64,000 nt of DNA, taken from contig OX597830.1 of assembly GCA_951406725.2 (NCBI GenBank), positions 27,528,001 through 27,592,000 on the forward strand, given 5' to 3'. The stretch's first letter is position 1, and each line of letters opens with the position of its first letter. The position numbers and the translations under genes are program-made. Below the pieces are notes generated by a model. The model searched no databases, was not told the origin of the DNA, and saw nothing but the letters and a program-made list of their open reading frames with translations. This DNA comes from Octopus vulgaris (lineage: Eukaryota). Below, one piece after another: positions 1-14,421 of this stretch.

Positions 1-877
1 GGGTCCTTTATATAAATTACATCTTAGAATATAATGAAAAGTTCCTCGCTGCAGGTCAACTGTACACTAGATTATAATTGTCTTTCAATGGCGCTGGTTT
101 ATCGCACTAGGCTACAGGCTGTCAGCAGCTCTGTGTTCAAAAGTGATACCGGGTTGACTGTGAACAAATGCATACTATGATTTTACTAGCATATACACTC
201 ACTACTTCAAGCACCAAAAGAAACATTTCAACAATTTTGTCCTAGTGCATATTGCTTCTGAAATAATCCGACCCACCGTGATTAAAATAAAAGGACGAAA
301 ATTGTGGCACCAAATAAAGTTTAAGTGAAATTAAGAGTCTTTGTGTAGGTCTTAATAGTTAATATCTGTCTTTTAGGCTGCACTCATTTCATTTTTTTGT
401 GCATTAAACTGAAGGGTTATCCAATACTTTGTGGGAGAGCACATATTTATTAACTTCTACAAGGAAAATGTCCACTGTGACTTCAAAGTTTTGGTTGGCT
501 TGTTTTCATCAAACTGATTAAGACAAAATCCCTTTTATAACACAAAATAGTCACAACTGAAGCTTTTTTCATTATAGCTCTACATGACTGGAATTTTCTT
601 GCGACTAAACAGCAGCAACAGCAGCAACAACAACTACATTAACTAGAAACTTGTTCCTTTGTATAGTTTGACGTTCTGTAATACTTTCGAAAGTTGAACA
701 TTGTCCATACCATATTTGGACATATTTATCTGAAATCTTATCTCCTATACAAAGTAGAACACCTCCTCACACTCAATATATTTTTCTTTGACCTCAAATC
801 TACGGTTAATGCTTGTGAACATTTTCGGAGTTGGTAGTCTGCTAGAAAACGTCACCATTAAATCATATTCATTTCAT

Positions 878-1263
878 GGAGGTGCAATGGCCCAGTGGTT
901 AGGGCAGCGGACTCGCGGTCATAGGATCATGGTTTCGATTCCCAGACCGGGCGTTGTGAGTGTTTATTGAGCGAAAACACCTAAAGCTCCACGATGCTCC
1001 GGCAGGGGATGGTGGTGATCCCTGCTGTACTCTTTTACCACAACTTTCTCTCACTCTTACTTCCTGTTTCTGTTGTACCTGTATTTCAAAGGGCCAGCCT
1101 TGTCACTCTCTGTGTCACGCTGAATCTCCCCGAGAACTACGTTAAGGGTACACGTGTCTGTGGAGTGCTCAGCCACTTACACGTTAATTTCACGAGCAGG
1201 CTGTTCCGTTGATTCGGATCAACCGGAACCCTCATCGTCGTAACCGACAGAGTGCTTCCATCC
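878..1263 (+). mobile_element. tRNA-derived SINE, octopus OK/OR-like, tail type A, full length
   Basis: A-box-like TGGCCCAGTGG and B-box-like GGTTTCGATTCC; 11-bp TSD ATTCATTTCAT at 867-877 and 1264-1274; near-identical copy at 23223-23604. Confidence 0.9.
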
Positions 1264-1324
1264 ATTCATTTCATATGCTACAATATTAAAGTAATTATAA
1301 AAAAAATGTGTTGACTAATTTAGT

Positions 1325-1525
1325 GCTGGCAAAACTGTTTGAATGTCGGAAAAATTCCGTAAGGTATTTCTTTCAGCTCCTTACGGTTTGAGTTCAAATT
1401 CCGCTGACGTCAAATGTGCTTTTCCTTCTTTTGATAAATTAACGTACGAATCGAGTACTAAGATCGTTGGTATCGACTAACACTTTTCGCTGAAAATTAC
1501 TGGCTTTGAATCTAAACTTAAAATA
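1325..1525 (+). mobile_element. degenerate Meta-domain-like SINE
   Basis: Diverged match to the 26351-26580 family (GAGTTCAAATTCCG...GATAAATTAA..TAC). Confidence 0.6.
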
Positions 1526-2544
1526 ATTATATAGTTCTAAATACATTTTGTCTATAAAAAATGAAATGTGTATAGTCATGGTCAGCGCACATTTCCTGAT
1601 AGTTTTGTACTATTATATCTGATCTGAATTTAAATCACTGCTTATAACAATAGCAAAAACGGCAGCAACGTATGTTCTTCGAGAAATAAAATAATTCTAA
1701 ACTACTGAAATTCGTGTCAACGAGATTGTTTCTGTATTTTATTGACATGCTACAAATAGCAGCCAAGTCTCCAACATATTACATTCCAACAATCATAAGA
1801 AAACATTGGTGCCTATTAAAAAAAACAAAACAAACTTGGTAGGCATGGGCAACGCTTTTCGAAAAGTTGACCTATGAGACATGGCGCATTATCAGGTGGG
1901 CTGCACTATTGAAAAAAACCCCAATTCAAGACCATTTTTCGTTAGACATGCTATTCAGGAATTCCTGCAGACTACAGGTTGCTCATGACTGATCTAGGTG
2001 CTTAGTGCCAGAGAAAAGGACGAAATAGTGATGGCTGGAACGAATTTCAATATGGAACTCCTCAGCAAGGGCTAAGAGTACAACAACAAAAAAGCAGCAA
2101 CTAAAATCAGCCAACAGTTAACAAACAATCCTTATGATATCAAAAGCAGTAAATATATGAGAAATGCATTTATTTAGAATTACAATTCTTCGATTCATTG
2201 ATATCTTTTTTTTTTTTAGTTTCCTCTTCACTTTTGATCTTTTATTTTTACTTATAGTGATTATTATTATTGCTGTTGTTGTTGTTGTTGTTGTTGATGA
2301 TGTTATTTATTTACCTATGTATTTATTTATTATTATTATTTTTTTTTTGCTTTCGATAGAAAGAATAAGTAGTGGAGATCTCATTCAAATATTCCATCAC
2401 AATCTGCCGTTATTTCTCAACTCTGAAATCCAATTTTCGTGACTAGTTTATGTATTTTATAGGCGTCTTTGGTATAATCCCAGCTTGATTAAAGCTTACT
2501 CATATCGGATTAGTGTCTTTAAATAGAGAAAGGTGAGGGAAAGG

Positions 2545-3731
<1,187 letters not shown>

Positions 3732-4244
3732 TCTATGCATCAATATTTATTGGGCAGATAAACAGATGAATAAGCATATTGTTTGATAGAATGATAGATA
3801 GAAAGTAGATATATTAATCTGGATAGTAACCGGATTGTTCTAGAAATTTAATGTAAATCTTCACACAGTAATAGCTTCACAAATAAATTTAGTGTCACAT
3901 AGGCGCATATTAGACGCACACACGTTCGCAGACACAGATACATACACAAAAATGGAATACAAAGAAACTGAGGCACGTATACCTATATATATATATATAT
4001 ATATATATACACGGTGTCATATAATGATGTATACGCAATGTGAATATGATGTAACATTTGTGAAATAGCATTATCACTTTCTATCTCGCGCTTCATTGTT
4101 TCGTGTCAATTTTATCATATCTATACATTACTTAGAGAACCTGCACACACTTGAACGTACGCATACACATACGTAATACATAAATACATACACGCACACA
4201 CACACGTGTTTAAATACACACGCATACATATATACATCTAAAAA

Positions 4245-4334
4245 CACTCCCATATGGCTACATGCGTATACACTCCCATATGGCTACATGCGTATACACT
4301 CCCATATGGCTACATGCGTATACACTCCCACATG
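4245..4334. repeat. 26-bp tandem minisatellite, about 3.4 copies
   Basis: CACTCCCATATGGCTACATGCGTATA at 4245, 4271, 4297 and partial at 4323. Confidence 0.9.
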
Positions 4335-4408
4335 CAAGCAAAGAGTTAAACACGCCTACGTTTAAACGTGACAGCATACAAATGAATATTTATGTAAGTA
4401 TACATATA

Positions 4409-4463
<55 letters not shown>

Positions 4464-4730
4464 TATATATATATAATATGTATGTATATATATACATATA
4501 TGTGTGTGTGCGTGTATATATATATATATATGTATACATATATGTATATATATATACACATATATATATATGTATATATATGTATATACATGGACATTTA
4601 TGTTAGGACATATATAGAAGTACATACACAGTTTTAATGTATTTATGTTATTTTTAAAGCAATGGGATTATATATAGTGGAAAGAAAATCAGATGTGGTA
4701 AGAACTCATCTCTCACTTAAGTACATATAT

Positions 4731-4790
<60 letters not shown>

Positions 4791-5229
4791 TCACATAAGG
4801 AGAGAGAGTGAAATTAATATGAAGGTGGTGTATTGTCGAATGATAGAGGAAAGAAGAATAGAGATATGTAGAAACTAGAGTTGGATTTAAGAACAGACCT
4901 GTTGTAATTGCCACCACCATCTTTCGCAGCAAGCCATAAAGCAGTAAGAACAACAACAATAAAAGAAAAACAACTAAAAATAAAGAGTAAAAAAATAAGC
5001 AATACAACGACAAGGAAATAATATACGAATAAAAACAAACTGAAATAATAAGTTGAGCTAAGATTGAGGTATAATTGCCATGGTACATCGCCTGGACCAT
5101 CAAACCGATTCTCTTAGATTCACGATGACGGCCATTTTCACTTGACGTGGTAGATTTCTGTTGGATAATATTCTATTGCTGCTAAATCTCCAAGACACAG
5201 AACGCCACTCTTATTTCAGTTTAATTTTA

Positions 5230-5570
<341 letters not shown>

Positions 5571-5591
5571 AGTAATAATAAAAAAATAATT

Positions 5592-6079
5592 ATTGAGTGA
5601 GAGAGCAGTGCATGCCATCAACGTGACCTTGGGGGTAAAGCATATGAAGCCCAGTATACCCATCATGATTACCCGTCTGATAAGGGCACATAGAAACATG
5701 CATCACAACCATACGTGCGGGAGTTGGTGATCCCATATGCAGATACACAACGCAAGTCCTTGCAGGTAGGGGTCCAGTTAGAATTTTCATCAGTTCGAGT
5801 AGTCCACCCCGCTCAAAAGATCCCTGAAGAAGCGTTGTTTAATGATGTTAAATGAAACGCCAATGTTTCCAGAGGTGAATTATTCAAACCCCAAAGAATC
5901 CCTCTCAACACATGGCTATAATACTCCGCCACTACTTCTGCTCGGCAGGAAATAAGGGACATGCTCAACTGGTTAAGGTCAAACAACTGACCGGCAAATC
6001 TGTGGCGTTGAATAGAATATTTGCAGTAGTCCATCTTTTATAACCAATCAGTTAAGATCAGAAGCCATGAAAGGCAGTG

Positions 6080-6080
<1 letters not shown>
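5592..6080 (-). mobile_element. ~490-bp interspersed repeat embedded in (TAA)n; probable R4/Dong-related 3' region or non-autonomous partner
   Basis: Homologous copies at 25581-26192 and 8058-8225; on the minus strand it ends ...GCACTGCTCTCTCACTCAATAA and is flanked by TAA/TAT repeats. Confidence 0.75.
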
Positions 6081-7010
<930 letters not shown>

Positions 7011-7811
7011 ATTGTTAGCTACTGAATGCTCAGATGTGTTTTCATATAGTTCTTCAAATATCTGGATGTTACCAAGTATAACTGCATCGAAGAATGATTT
7101 ACACATTTATTCTACTCTATACGAAGATCTTGAAGAAATTGGTTGCAATCCCACATAAAAGTGTGTGATGGGTAAACAAAATATATCACTTTTTAACCAT
7201 GCATTTTATTCATTTTTTAAAAAATCTGTTTCTTTTTAATCTCTTTACGTACATGGATAAAATAGTTGCGCAAGTGCGTCCATGCAAGCAAAATTAATAA
7301 ATATGAACATAAATCAACAAGAAAGCTAACAAAAATATTTTACAACATAATTCAAAAGAAAAACAAAGTGCTGATACTACTAGAACCTTAACACTAATGT
7401 GAACAATTTCAACGACATGTTCGGCAAACTCAACATTCACACAGACAAATATTTTGGTGAACGAATTTTAACTGTGAGCAAAAGTGGAAATCTAGACTTA
7501 CTCTTCTCTAATACTATCAAGAAGAGACGAACGCTATATATAGTCGATCTAACCGAGGGAGCAGTTTGTTGACTGGACCCAGAAGCTAAAAAGGAATGGA
7601 ATGTGCACTTTTGCCTGAAGCAATCAGTCAATGATGACAGAAAAATAAAAATTAGAGCTTAACTTCGCGGTATTTGAACTCAGGATATAAAGATTCAGAA
7701 CAGATGCTACAATTATTGAATTTATTATTGGTGGATTCTACTAATCCACAAATAACAATGTCAACAACAACAACAAAAACAACAACAATAATAATAATAG
7801 TAATAATAATA

Positions 7812-8045
7812 GGAGTGTAAAAACAGAAACAATTCCTATCATATTACGCACATTAGTTATGATAAAAAGATTCAGACAAACACATAACAAAAGCAGCAGG
7901 ACTAACAAGTATATATAACATACAGACAAAATAACACTACTAGGCACCGCGCACATCCTACACAAAACACTTTCAATATAGTAAAAATAAGAGAACCACA
8001 ACAAAACACAGCACACATCCAAGGCACACAGAGCTGTCCTCGAAA
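7812..8045 (+). mobile_element. R4/Dong-clade non-LTR retrotransposon 3' end (ORF C-terminus plus 3' UTR), 5'-truncated
   Basis: Frameshifted translation KTETIPII...KHITKAAGLTSIYNIQ..ITLLGTAHILHKTLSI*, typical of the R4/Dong C-terminus; starts right after (TAA)n. Confidence 0.75.
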
Positions 8046-8057
8046 AGAAGTGCCACA

Positions 8058-8225
8058 GCAAATATTCTGCTCAATACCACAGATTTGCTTGTCAGTTGTT
8101 TGACCTTAACCAGTTGACCATGTCCCTTAGTGGCTGACGGTATGTGAGCAGAAGTAGTGGGGGAGCATCATAGCCATGTGTTGAGAGGGATTCTTTGGGG
8201 TTTGAATGATTCATCCCTGGAAACA
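8058..8225 (+). mobile_element. fragment of the 5592-6080 repeat family
   Basis: GCAAATATTCTGCTCAATACCACAGATTTGCTTGTCAGTTGTTTGACCTTAACCAGTTG matches the reverse complement of about 5965-6025 and 25970-26030. Confidence 0.85.
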
Positions 8226-8239
8226 TTTAAATCATGTAA

Positions 8240-8800
8240 TAAAGCACAATTCCTTAAGCTATAGCAGAATTAGTGGCTGTTGGGAACATACTATTAAACA
8301 TATATCTTCTGGCTGTTCAGTTTTAGATATGAAAGAAAAAGGAAATCTACAGGTATGAGAGTGTCGGGACACCCATCTACTTAGATTTATGCCAGTATTA
8401 TGAAATTCCAACAGCGAAGTGGTGGCATAAACATAAAAGTAGAAATAGTTTCAGAGAACGGCAGAGCAACCACGCTTTGAGATATGCCAATTCACATAGG
8501 CAGAGGGATCAAGACTAATTTGGAGTTATCTTTGTATATTATTGTCAAAGGTTACTAGGAAAGCATCTCCTAATCGATTTATCAGTCTCAATTGACTATA
8601 ATATATCTCTAAAAGTAATGGAGAAATTATCTAAATATAAAGATCTGGAAATAGAGATAACCAGAATGTTGGATTGAAAACAACCAATTCTTTTGAAAAT
8701 AAATTCTTTAAGATTGAAGAAAAAAAGCAAACGCATAATGAAAACAAGATATTATCAGCATATCGAAAAAAAATCATTCAATATACTGCACAAATATGTA
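8240..8800 (+). pseudogene. R4/Dong restriction-like endonuclease domain relic
   Basis: Degenerate LCQYYEIP...W..H...ENGRATTL*DMPIH...IKTN...EKLSKYKDLEIEITRM motifs with stops and frameshifts. Confidence 0.8.
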
Positions 8801-8954
8801 AAATATTACTTTTAGTAATGTTACTACTTATATCTCGTTTAGAGATTTTAGAACTTACTGCTTTCCTTGTTACGAGATCAGCAACTGTCTGCCGCTTCTC
8901 TGTTTATATATTGTGAGTAGGGACGAATGACTGCCATCTCTAGCAGGCAAGTAT

Positions 8955-8999
8955 CCAGTACCGATGAAGGGTAAAGGTCCAGAAACCATGGTCTACTGG
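8955..8999 (+). ncRNA. minimal type I hammerhead ribozyme motif (CCGAUGA core variant)
   Basis: Stem I CCAGTA/TACTGG, core CCGATGA, short stem II GG/CC, GAAA, palindromic stem III ACCATGGT, GUC cleavage triplet. Confidence 0.8.
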
Positions 9000-9559
9000 T
9001 CTTGCCAAGCTGGAGGGGAGTGATTCGCTCCCTTACTCACAATATATCAGAAACAGCCTGTGTGTCGTTAACCCGCTGGAAAATATGTTTTCCTGGGATT
9101 AAAATGTAATAACATACGCTGAATAGAACAGCCATGTTGTAGTGGCAAAAAATGTTACTAGATGTAAAATATTTTCAATACAATAGAAAACATGAAACTA
9201 AAATATAACCCTGCATATACTCAAGACCCAGAGAATTGCGATCTGTTGTGCAATGGAATCATACAATGAAAATAAGACTATAGAAAAAAAATCATATTAA
9301 TAATCATAGGCACGTTTCAAAAAATAGGAATACTACAATCTGTAAATATTGTTAGACAATTCTCACACAACATTCTTTTAACCTTGAACATTTTGATGCA
9401 TATTTCTCAAAATTTATCTAATTCTTTTGGATGTGAGAAAGGAAACTCTTAATATATTTTTCAAATGATGAATAACACGTGTATAATAACGTTAATAATA
9501 ACACACACGAAAACTTTTCGTCGAGAAATGAAGATCAAATATATATATATATTCTCGAG

Positions 9560-10100
9560 TTGAAATTATACTTGGATTTAATGAAGATTCTGGAGTGGAA
9601 TTTGGAGGGAAAAAAACGTGAAAGAGAAATGATATTAAAAAGCCATAGGATACAATTACCAATGAAAGAAGTCATAAAGCAGGTTGATACAGAAGGCTAG
9701 AAATACTTAGGTATAACATGTAAGATAAAGGAAAAAAGCATATAGCAACGCTTTTGGAAAAGTTATTCTTCGTGTTAAAAATCTAAGCTAAATTGAAAGA
9801 AAAAAGATCCTAACCATTAAGATGTGGAATATAACTCTTTTGTGTTCTAGTGAAAAAAAAATCCATAATTTGGAATAAAGAAAAGAAAGTTAGTTTAAGT
9901 AGGAAAACCCGAAAGTAATGTCTATATATGTAACATTACACCCCAAAAGTAAGATTAAACGGCTTAAGAAAAAAATTAACGCGTAATGAGGATTTTATAG
10001 AGAGCGATTGTATAGAGTGTAGCATATTGCATAAAGAATAGAATGGAACAATGGATAGAAGAGATTAGCTGAAAGCTGAAATATAAAAAAAAACTGCGGA
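9560..10100 (+). pseudogene. R4/Dong reverse transcriptase C-terminal/thumb relic
   Basis: Degenerate GVEFG..K...IQLP..EVIKQVDTEG*KYLGI...RKTRK.MSIYVTLHPKSKIKRL. Confidence 0.7.
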
Positions 10101-10129
10101 AGCTATGGAGATTTATGTGAAGATAGCCG

Positions 10130-10865
10130 CTGACATGGTTGCATGGTTCAGGAGTTCGCTTCTAATCTTGCAGTTTTACGTTCAGTCCGACTTCGCGGCG
10201 CCTTGTGAGGGAATTTGAAAAGCAGAAACTATGTCGAAGCTCGTCCTGTGTGCTTTTGTGTGTATATGCGAGTGAGCTTGTGCGTGCTGTATATGTATGT
10301 GTGTGAATATATGTGTAAGAGAGAGAAAGAGAAAGAGAAAGAGCATGTATATGGTGTGTGAGTGAGAGTGAGTGTGTGTGTGTGTGTGTATTTGTTACTA
10401 CGTGACAACTAATGTTCGTTGCTTTAGATCGGTGATTCCCAAAGAGGGCGTTACTGTCCTCCCCGGGAGGTGGTAGAAAGATCCAGGAGTCGGGGCACTG
10501 AAGAAAAGTGGAGGCTATAATGGGGTGGCGAAAAGAGGGCGCTGGATGTAAATACTACAAAATAATGGGTTAATTAGGCTACGATTTGTAAAATACAGTT
10601 GTTTTGAATTTGCCGCAGAAAGTTTGTGGTGGTGAGGTAGGGGAGGGGACTAGGAATGTGGCACGGGTGCCAAGGGGGCGGCAGCCCGAAAAAGTTTGGA
10701 AACCACTACTTTAGATTCTCGCAACTTACCGCTTCGGCAAAAGGACACTGATAGGACAAGTACGATTTCTTGAAATAAGTATTGGGTCAGTTTCATCGAT
10801 TAAAACCTTCAACATGGTGTTCCAGCACGGTCGCAGTAGAATAATTGACACAAGTAAAACAGTAA
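10130..10865 (+). mobile_element. degenerate CORE-like SINE interrupted by a hAT MITE
   Basis: Diverged homology to 35834-36235: head, internal (TG)n and tail TCCAGCACGGTCGCAGT...ACAAGTAAAA. Confidence 0.6.
10430..10708. mobile_element. hAT (Charlie-like) MITE
   Basis: Imperfect TIRs CGGTGATTCCCAAA / TTTGGAAACCACTA; exact 8-bp TSD CTTTAGAT at 10422-10429 and 10709-10716. Confidence 0.85.
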
Positions 10866-11124
10866 AGATGCTTATCTTGAAAAAATCTCAGAGAAACAGT
10901 TTATTCCTTTACTTATACACTTGTTTGAAGCATTGGACTGTAACTATGCTAGGGGAGGGCCTCGAAAGGATTTTAGTCGATCGTATTAATTCGATAGCAT
11001 ATTTCTTAGTTTAATAATTAGTTCAGCAATTTCAATTTTCCGTGCCTCGAAGATACAAGGTATAAAAGCACAGATGTTGTTTTTAAGCCTGTTATAAACG
11101 TAAAAACAGTCACAGAGACCCATA

Positions 11125-11159
11125 ATCACACACATATACATACATACACATGTACATAT

Positions 11160-11194
<35 letters not shown>

Positions 11195-11490
11195 CATATA
11201 TACATATATACACATATACATACATGCACATGCATACACATGCATATACACATGCAAATACATGCATATATACATACATGCATATACATACACATGCATA
11301 CACATGCATATACATACATATACACACATATATATACATACATATACATACATACACATGCACACACACACGCGCAAACATACATATACACACACGTACA
11401 CACACCTACAAACACACACAAATGCAGACACACATAGACACACATTCACACACACACGCACACACACAAACACACACGCACACACAAGTG
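11125..11490. repeat. (CA)n/(CATA)n/(TA)n compound microsatellite
   Basis: Visible directly. Confidence 0.95.
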
Positions 11491-11679
11491 CATACGACAG
11501 GATTCACCCAAATGACCGCGAATAATAAAAATCAGCATTTCGCTGTTATTATGGCTTATCAATTCCATGTACTCGGATCACCACAAAACGAAGTGAATCA
11601 GTCATTTGAGGTGAGTTATCTCTTCTGATCTGGTACAGTCGGTGCTCTTTAATACTCAGTGTCGTGTAAAAGATAATTG

Positions 11680-11860
11680 TTGTTGAGGCGTGCTTAGCCC
11701 ATGTCAGCCCAGATTTAGTAGGTCTTTGATGAAAAGTATTCTAACCGTGGCCAACTAGTCGTTTTCCAGTGCGCAGAGAATCCAGTATCACATTATTCAA
11801 CGCAAGGTGTAATTTAGAAAAAAAAAGAGAAAAGAAAGTTAGCTGCTATTTCTAGCGCAT
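11680..11860 (-). mobile_element. old interspersed SINE-like family (GCTAGAAATAGCAGC core, AAC-rich tail)
   Basis: Motif recurs at about 1750, 19517, 21580, 28515 and 29780; tail-like GGGGTTAAACAACAAC at about 33908 and GGGGTATACAACAAC at about 19990. Confidence 0.5.
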
Positions 11861-12134
11861 ATTAAGAGACTGCATTTTGACCCCTCTTCTCGGAGATAGA
11901 TGATGTGTGAAAAAATGCAACGGTCAGTGTTGCTTTGGACCAGCAGGTCATAATAGTTTGGTCCTTGTGGCATTGTTTGTGGTTATATAGCAGTGTTTTG
12001 GCGTTGTCAAGTGACACTATGTGGGATAATGGGCAGATGGGTGGTACAAGATGAGTGGGGTGGGTCATGGCTAAAGTGAAATAGACAATATATAATGACC
12101 ACAGGGGCAGGGTTTACGTTGTCGGGAAATTAGC

Positions 12135-12260
12135 AACGAGAGGGAAGGGAAAGGGTGCGAGTGGGAAACAGAGAGAAGGAGAGAGAGGGGAGAGAGAGGG
12201 GCAGAGAGGGGGCAGAGACGGGGAGAAAGTGAGAAAGAGAGCGAGCAAGACAAAGAGAGT

Positions 12261-12298
<38 letters not shown>

Positions 12299-12570
12299 AG
12301 GAAGGGTGAGAAAGTGAGAAAGATGGAGAGGAAATATAACGATTTTATATGATAGTGAGTGAAATTCGGGATAAGGAAGAGGGCGAGAGGGAGAGAGAGA
12401 GAGAGTAAGAGAGAGAGAGAGAGAGGAAGAGATAGGGAAAGATGTGGGTTATAAAAGATGATAAACAAAGACAGGCGAAAAGGGAGAGGGCATATAGGGT
12501 CAACCAGAAAGTGAGATATGTGATGCGAAAGTGAAGAGGGAGAAGGATTTATACTTAAGAGAAAAGAAGT

Positions 12571-12626
<56 letters not shown>

Positions 12627-13019
12627 ATAAGAAATGAAAAGCGAGAGTCAGTAAGTGAGAGGGAAATAGATAAAGGGATAAATATGCAGTGAGAGAAAGA
12701 AGGAGAGAGAGAGAAAGAAGGAGAGAAAGAGGGGAGAGAGTGAGAGAGAATGAAGAGCAAGTTGGTGGAATGGGGCAGCGCTAAGAAATCTAGATGGAGA
12801 GAGATAGATTAAGAAAATGGACCAAGGGACGAAAGAGCAATAAATAAAGCGAGGGGGGTTAAGTGAGAGGAAGAGGTAGGGGAGATAGTTGGAGGTGAAG
12901 AAAATGTAAAGTAGACTCTCTCTCCCCTCTCTCTTTACCACCTCAGGCTCTCTTCCTTTTGGTCTGTGCGCATCTGTGTGCGTTTATGTGTGATAAAACG
13001 AAAGAAAAAGTAAAAAGAG

Positions 13020-13054
<35 letters not shown>

Positions 13055-13140
13055 GAGTTCTCTAGAAAGAGAAAGTAAGAGAAAAACAACGAGACAGTGA
13101 TAGCGAGAAAGCGTGAAAGAAAAAGGCGAGAGAGAAAGAG
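12135..13140. repeat. GA-rich low-complexity / (GA)n tract
   Basis: Visible directly. Confidence 0.9.
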
Positions 13141-13275
13141 ACGGCCATTGGTCAATGGTCAGTGGACGCATTAGTCGTTGGACATATTGGTCATATCGGT
13201 CACGTTGGTCATATTGGCTATTGGTCTGGGCAATGACGTTTAAGCGATTGTCTGCCGGCTTCAATATGGCCGTTT
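13141..13275. promoter_or_regulatory. candidate promoter/enhancer motif cluster
   Basis: Four ATTGG (reverse CCAAT) at 13147, 13186, 13213, 13220; TGACGT at 13234; YY1-like AATATGGCCG at 13263; CpG-containing unique sequence. Confidence 0.35.
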
Positions 13276-13967
13276 TCTTTTTATTTCTTTTTAGTGTTAT
13301 GTTATGTTCTGTTCTGCTGTTGTTTTGTTTTGCTTTTGCTTTTACTTTGCTTACATTTATTATGATTAAACCCCCCAGATTTACGTCGGCGACACAACTA
13401 ACGCCACTTTTCAATTGATTGAATGAATAATAAGAGGTTTTTAACACGCACTCTGTCATTGGTGCTAATATCATTGTCTGCACAACAAATGACCGATAAC
13501 GAGACAAGAGTATAGTTAGTGTTTCATCGGTTCTATTGTATCAAGCGTACTTGTGGTCAATTTGGAGTCGTTGTCTTCGTTTTACTTGAATTAGTCAGTC
13601 AGTCGGACAACAAGAGTTGCCATATCTAACCGAACTCACCGCTGACCGTTTTACCCAAAACTAATCTCTTCGCGTGTTACTAATTCCCAACTAATTCTTT
13701 GACTGCTCAGCTTCTCCCTCCACTTCTTCCTCTTCCTCCTTTCATGTCTTTTGTTTCTTCTTCTCCTCCTCCTCCTCCTCCTCTCCTCCCCCTCCTCCTT
13801 CTTCTTCTTCTTCTTCTTCTTCTTCTTCTTCTTCTTCTTCTTCTTGTCGTGCCCCCACTTCCTTTTTGCTTGCTTTTGAACACTTTCTCCGCGGACTACA
13901 ACTCAATCTCTCCTCCGCCATGTCCTCTTTCTCTGTGGTGACACGCTTCCCCTTTGTGGTTTGTCTG

Positions 13968-14086
<119 letters not shown>

Positions 14087-14363
14087 GTCTGTCTGTCTGT
14101 CTATTTTTTTGCATGACACTATTGGCCAAGGTTCTCGTGGTCTTTTCTGTAGGATTTTCTATCCATGGACAAACCTAATCTGTTTTCCCCTTTTACACTG
14201 ACATTTCTGTGATACACGATCTCTATTGATCGGCCCCACTTTTTTTCCCGATCCCTTTTGATCGAAATTTGACCCCCTTTTTTTTTTTGCCTTCTTCCCA
14301 AAAAGAAAAGCTCTACTTTGTATTTTGTCCCTCCTGTGTTCAGCCCTGCGTGGCCAAAAAGAA

Positions 14364-14421
<58 letters not shown>

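Noticed and set aside
250-450. Possible Tc1 3' end (VIKIKG; CCAATACTTTG)
   Set aside because: Too short and degenerate to support
878-955. Possible tRNA gene
   Set aside because: It is the head of a multi-copy SINE with TSDs; no proper acceptor stem or terminator
7390-7630. Coding-looking plus-strand stretch (NDMFGKLNIHTDKYFGERIL...)
   Set aside because: In-frame stop, no clear splice sites and no family recognised
12935-13507. 190-aa minus-strand ORF
   Set aside because: Non-ATG start, runs into (TTTC)n repeats and has no recognisable domain
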